NCBI RefSeq assembly: GCF_001194135.2
Contig: NC_068985.1
Span: 91,301,762-91,345,250, forward strand
Reading direction: 5' to 3'
DNA from: Octopus bimaculoides
Lineage: Eukaryota
DNA length: 43,489 nt
Of the stretch, positions 39,239 to 43,489 are shown one piece after another. The first letter of the stretch is position 1; each line of letters opens with the position of its first letter. The notes under the pieces were generated by a model. The model did no database searches, was not told the DNA's origin, and saw nothing but the letters and a program-made list of their open reading frames with translations. The position numbers and the translations under genes were made by a program.

Positions 39239-39451
39239 CTGTGACTGAAAGCCACTTTTGGGAACATGTAGGCGGTTTCTGATATAGAGACCTCTCCGGG
39301 TCGACATCGGTCAGTGAAGCAGCAACGGACAACAAACATGCCAGCAGGTGTAGGCGGTCGCAGATAAACGAGGACGGACGAAGTGATGATGACGCCGTCG
39401 GAACGGCAATGAATTGGATTGGCAGTCCCGGCGGAGATGACGTCCACATCT
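39239..39451 (-). CDS. Candidate exon of an unidentified gene (213 bp)
   Basis: GC-rich island. On minus there is a pyrimidine tract with acceptor (CTTTCCTTTGCTGTCAG|AG) and a donor (CAG|GTTAGC). Length is divisible by 3 and two frames are open: MWTSSPPGLP..LHLLACLLSVAASLTDVDPERSLYQKPPTCSQKWLSVT and DVDVISAGTANPIHCRS..FPKVAFSH. No homology recognised. Confidence 0.45.
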
Positions 39452-40765
39452 CTGACAGCAAAGGAAAGTACATAATATGATAGGCAACATTTACAGTTTT
39501 GTTAAAATGTAGGAAAAGTAACGTACAAACAAATGTTGCTAAGGTCGAAATTATATTTTCATCTCTTTTATTATTTCGCTGCTTAAAACCATCCAACAGG
39601 ATTTCAATAGAACCACATCTCACATTTTAGTAAAAACACGGATATTCTTTTTATTATTTCATCGAAAATCTCGCCGGAAGTTAATCTTGTGCTTTAAGAT
39701 TTATATTTCTGAGATACATTTCAATATTTCATTCTCTTCATCTCTGAGTGTGTTGGTATGCAAAAATTCAAATAAAAATCGATCGATTTCTAAAGTATTT
39801 TNNNNNNNNNNNNNNNNNNNNNNNNNNNNNNNNNNNNNNNNNNNNNNNNNNNNNNNNNNNNNNNNNNNNNNNNNNNNNNNNNNNNNNNNNNNNNNNNNNN
39901 NNNNNNNNNNNNNNNNNNNNNNNNNNNNNNNNNNNNNNNNNNNNNNNNNNNNNNNNNNNNNNNNNNNNNNNNNNNNNNNNNNNNNNNNNNNNNNNNNNNN
40001 NNNNNNNNNNNNNNNNNNNNNNNNNNNNNNNNNNNNNNNNNNNNNNNNNNNNNNNNNNNNNNNNNNNNNNNNNNNNNNNNNNNNNNNNNNNNNNNNNNNN
40101 NNNNNNNNNNNNNNNNNNNNNNNNNNNNNNNNNNNNNNNNNNNNNNNNNNNNNNNNNNNNNNNNNNNNNNNNNNNNNNNNNNNNNNNNNNNNNNNNNNNN
40201 NNNNNNNNNNNNNNNNNNNNNNNNNNNNNNNNNNNNNNNNNNNNNNNNNNNNNNNNNNNNNNNNNNNNNNNNNNNNNNNNNNNNNNNNNNNNNNNNNNNN
40301 NNNNNNNNNNNNNNNNNNNNNNNNNNNNNNNNNNNNNNNNNNNNNNNNNNNNNNNNNNNNNNNNNNNNNNNNNNNNNNNNNNNNNNNNNNNNNNNNNNNN
40401 NNNNNNNNNNNNNNNNNNNNNNNNNNNNNNNNNNNNNNNNNNNNNNNNNNNNNNNNNNNNNNNNNNNNNNNNNNNNNNNNNNNNNNNNNNNNNNNNNNNN
40501 NNNNNNNNNNNNNNNNNNNNNNNNNNNNNNNNNNNNNNNNNNNNNNNNNNNNNNNNNNNNNNNNNNNNNNNNNNNNNNNNNNNNNNNNNNNNNNNNNNNN
40601 NNNNNNNNNNNNNNNNNNNNNNNNNNNNNNNNNNNNNNNNNNNNNNNNNNNNNNNNNNNNNNNNNNNNNNNNNNNNNNNNNNNNNNNNNNNNNNNNNNNN
40701 NNNNNNNNNNNNNNNNNNNNNNNNNNNNNNNNNNNNNNNNNNNNNNNNNNNNNNNNNNNNNNNNN

Positions 40766-40804
<39 letters not shown>

Positions 40805-41099
40805 AAGAGAGAGAGAGAGAGAGAGAGTGAGGGGGGAGTATTTGTGTGTGTAGGCGGTGTAAGAATCTCTCACAAGTTATAACTCCATGATGGTTTATGC
40901 CTTCAAGGAAAGCTTGCAATTAACTTCGTGTCACTGCAGAGAACCTCCAAAAACCCGAACTAATGAAAACTATGAAACATTGACTTTAAGAGACCCAGTA
41001 AAAAAATGAACAGTCAGGAGCATTGCAATGCTGAGCGCTGTTTTGGACACGCAATGCAGATTCGAAGCCTGAAATCGAAACGAAATCTTTATAGTCGCC

Positions 41100-41400
41100 A
41101 ACAACATATATTCATTCCTTCATGACCGTAAGTGGCAACTGGAAACGTGTATATCTCGTTGCATATGGTAGCTAGTGGATACAGGTATCTTAGCTGTCAC
41201 ACATTTGGCTATTCTCAGCAGTACGATTATTACATTTCGAGGCGTAACGGAAAAGAGGTCCACTCAACTGGTTGTCTATTTTAGCTGGTTGATTGAATAC
41301 TTGTTCCACGAGACAAAGAACTACACGGTGCGCGATGCGCACCCATGTTTTTGATATTGAATTCCACATCGTGTCTACTAGATTTCACAACGTAACTCTA
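41100..41400 (-). pseudogene. Possible highly decayed Tc1/mariner-superfamily transposase C-terminus
   Basis: Minus-strand traces: QKHG(AH) (cf. QQDGAP.H), RQPVEWT (cf. GP.EWP.RSPDL), CNEIYTFPVATYGH (cf. W.E..YR.DVCR.TNG.H). Very weak. Confidence 0.25.
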
Positions 41401-42794
41401 CTTTCATTTAAATAAACTTTTGATTATGTTTTTTTTCTCTACTTATAATAATAATTATCTACTAATAATAAGAAATATAAAATGAAATGCCTCTTTCTCA
41501 AGGGAAAGGTGGGTGGTTCTTTTGAAGACCTCCAGTTGTAAATTAAAATATACTTGTTGGTTGATTTCTATAACATCATTCTGCACGACATTATCTTTAA
41601 ACGTACAACAGATAAACTCTTGCGCTCCAGTTTACAATCATTGCACGCTTGCATTAGAATAATGCAATGCATGCAGGTGCAACAGAGCATCTTTCGAATT
41701 TGTGGAAATTATTGTCGAATGTGGCTAAATTATACTCTGCGAAAATAATGTTTCTTTGTTTGTTTTGTGAGAAATAGATGATTGGATGATGAAATGTAAA
41801 ACTGATTTATTGCTTCAATATGAAAAATAATTTTATTTATTGAGACAAAAATAGAATATATTGTATTTATTATTATTGCCATGATAAATACGAATAGAAA
41901 CTTGGTTTCTATATAAACTATGCTTTGCATATTATAAGTGCAGTGTAGTGGTCCATCAATCTGTGTTTTATATTTTATGCATGTATTTCAATTTCACCAA
42001 ATTTTACTTCAGAGCAAGCTAGCTTTCATTTCTTTAATCACTTCCTGATCGATAAAATAAGCACCCGTAATGTATATTGGCAGGGATTATCAGCTATATA
42101 ACTTCTTATACAAAGGAGCCTTGTGATTAAAAATAAATCGATGATACATTTACAGTTGCTTGTATTTTATTGGATTACAAACGAGCTTTGATTTTTTTAA
42201 TAAATAGAAATATTTTTTCATCGATTGCTGATATTTGCTTTCAATATACGATTGATGCAATTTAAAAAAAAGAAGCTCAATATACATATGCTAGGAATAT
42301 AGAATTCAAGAAATTATTGAATCACAATAGAATGTATTCATAAATCTTGTAAAAGCTTACGCCACACGTTAATAATAATAGTTCACGTGTATATTTAGAT
42401 GTAATATCAGTGAGTAAAAAGAGGGAAAGCCTTACGCAACATGAGCAAGCATCGATACAATTTCGAATTTCTAACACGATACTTTTACGTAGCGCGATGT
42501 AAGAATCAAACACTTGGGGACTTTGCATACTAAATATGTCACACGTTTAAGTGACAACTATTGTACTAAACCAGATACTTATGATTTCTTAGTAAATGCT
42601 AGATATTATCTAAGCGGTTTATCTCAGCTTACCACTATTTTTATGTATGTATGTAATTGGGAATATATGCATCTAAGCAGTTCTATGGTTAAGAGCTGAG
42701 GAATTATGTACATTATATACATTAATTACAATTGACGGATATTTGTCCTCATCTTGCTTGTTGTTAACACGACGTTTGGGCTGATATACCCTCC

Positions 42795-42861
42795 ATATGG
42801 CATAGTGGTTAAGAGCGCGGGCTACTAACCCCAACATTCCGGGTTCGATTCCAGGCAGTGA

Positions 42862-42864
<3 letters not shown>
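42795..42864 (+). promoter_or_regulatory. tRNA-like Pol III internal promoter (element head)
   Basis: TGGCATAGTGG (A box), GGG-CTACTAA-CCC (anticodon-like arm), GGTTCGATTCC (B box). Confidence 0.8.
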
Positions 42865-42924
<60 letters not shown>

Positions 42925-42994
42925 CGACAACAACAACAACAACATCGAAAACATGCCTTAGGAATGAGAACCCAGTTTCGAAATTTCCCCCAAT

Positions 42995-43037
42995 ACACCT
43001 CATGAAGGCTGGAGGGTATATCAGCCCAAACGTTGTG
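42995..43037 (+). ncRNA. Hammerhead-like motif with two core mutations
   Basis: ACAC-CTCATGA-A-GGCTG(gagggtatat)CAGCC-CAAAC-GTT-GTGT. G5>C and G12>C, so this copy is predicted inactive. Confidence 0.4.
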
Positions 43038-43379
43038 TTAACAAGAAAGAAAATGAGACAAATATCCGTCAATTGTAAATAATGTAAATAATGTATATAT
43101 GCATCTATGTATTACTTTAATCTATATCTATAAAAGAGAGGATGTGTGTGTGTGTGTGTGTGTGTACGTGAATGTAGTTTATGCACGTCCACAAATTAGC
43201 ACGCATGTCGCTCCAATTTTAGGAGGACATTGTTCATGACCCTATCTGTGTTTTTGTCAACTTTTTCTCTCAGAGGCACCCGCGTATAGCTGTAAAACTC
43301 GATAAACTTTTACCAATTTTGAAGTTTGTTGACATGGCGAAGTCAAATCTGTGCGTACGCGCGTGAATGAGAGAGCGCA

Positions 43380-43489
43380 AGAGAGAGAGAAAGAAAGAAA
43401 TAAAGAAAGAAAGAAAGAAAGAAAGAAAGTGAGAAAGAAAGAGAGAGAGAAAGAAAGAAAGAGAGAGAGAAAGAAAGAAAGAAAGTGAG
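43380..43489. repeat. (GAAA)n/(GA)n microsatellite running to the window end
   Basis: Direct reading. Confidence 0.95.

Larger units (their letters stand above)
42676..43094 (+). mobile_element. tRNA-head / (AAT)n / hammerhead-like element with inverted terminal arm and 13-bp TSD, copy 2
   Basis: Inverted arm 42676-42794, head 42795-42864, (AAT)n(AAC)n 42866-42943, spacer, hammerhead-like motif ~42995-43037, 3' arm 43011-43094. ATATATGCATCTA flanks it at 42663-42675 and 43095-43107. Confidence 0.85.

Noticed and set aside
41327-41343. GC hairpin GGTGCGC-GAT-GCGCACC as a possible Helitron end
   Set aside because: The nearest CTAG is about 35 nt downstream, further than typical for Helitron termini.
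42795-42864. Possible tRNA-Ser(ACT) gene, also at 17411-17480
   Set aside because: No complementary acceptor stem, the ACT anticodon is not normally used in eukaryotes, and it sits inside a repeated element. Treated as a tRNA-derived head.

Overview
AT-rich, microsatellite-dense eukaryotic DNA with ten N-gaps and no intact multi-exon gene. The repeat landscape looks like an octopus/cephalopod genome (recognised from memory, not verified by search). It is most likely intronic or intergenic. Contents: (1) a cluster of decayed mariner elements in the first 3.6 kb; (2) nine copies or fragments of three tRNA-derived SINE families; (3) Penelope-like element (PLE) remnants (RT and GIY-YIG fragments); (4) one candidate 213-bp exon on the minus strand at 39239-39451. 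The most interesting signal is RNA structure. Two minimal hammerhead-ribozyme motifs (14255-14303 and 24220-24265, both minus) keep the core while stem II differs in sequence yet still pairs. A separate two-copy element (17010-17614 minus; 42676-43094 plus) combines a tRNA-like Pol III head, an (AAT)n spacer, a hammerhead-like motif and an inverted copy of its own 3' end. One copy is flanked by a 13-bp direct repeat. It looks like a Pol III-driven, ribozyme-bearing non-autonomous element, possibly mobilised by Penelope machinery. All calls were made by eye; no alignments, folding or database searches were run.
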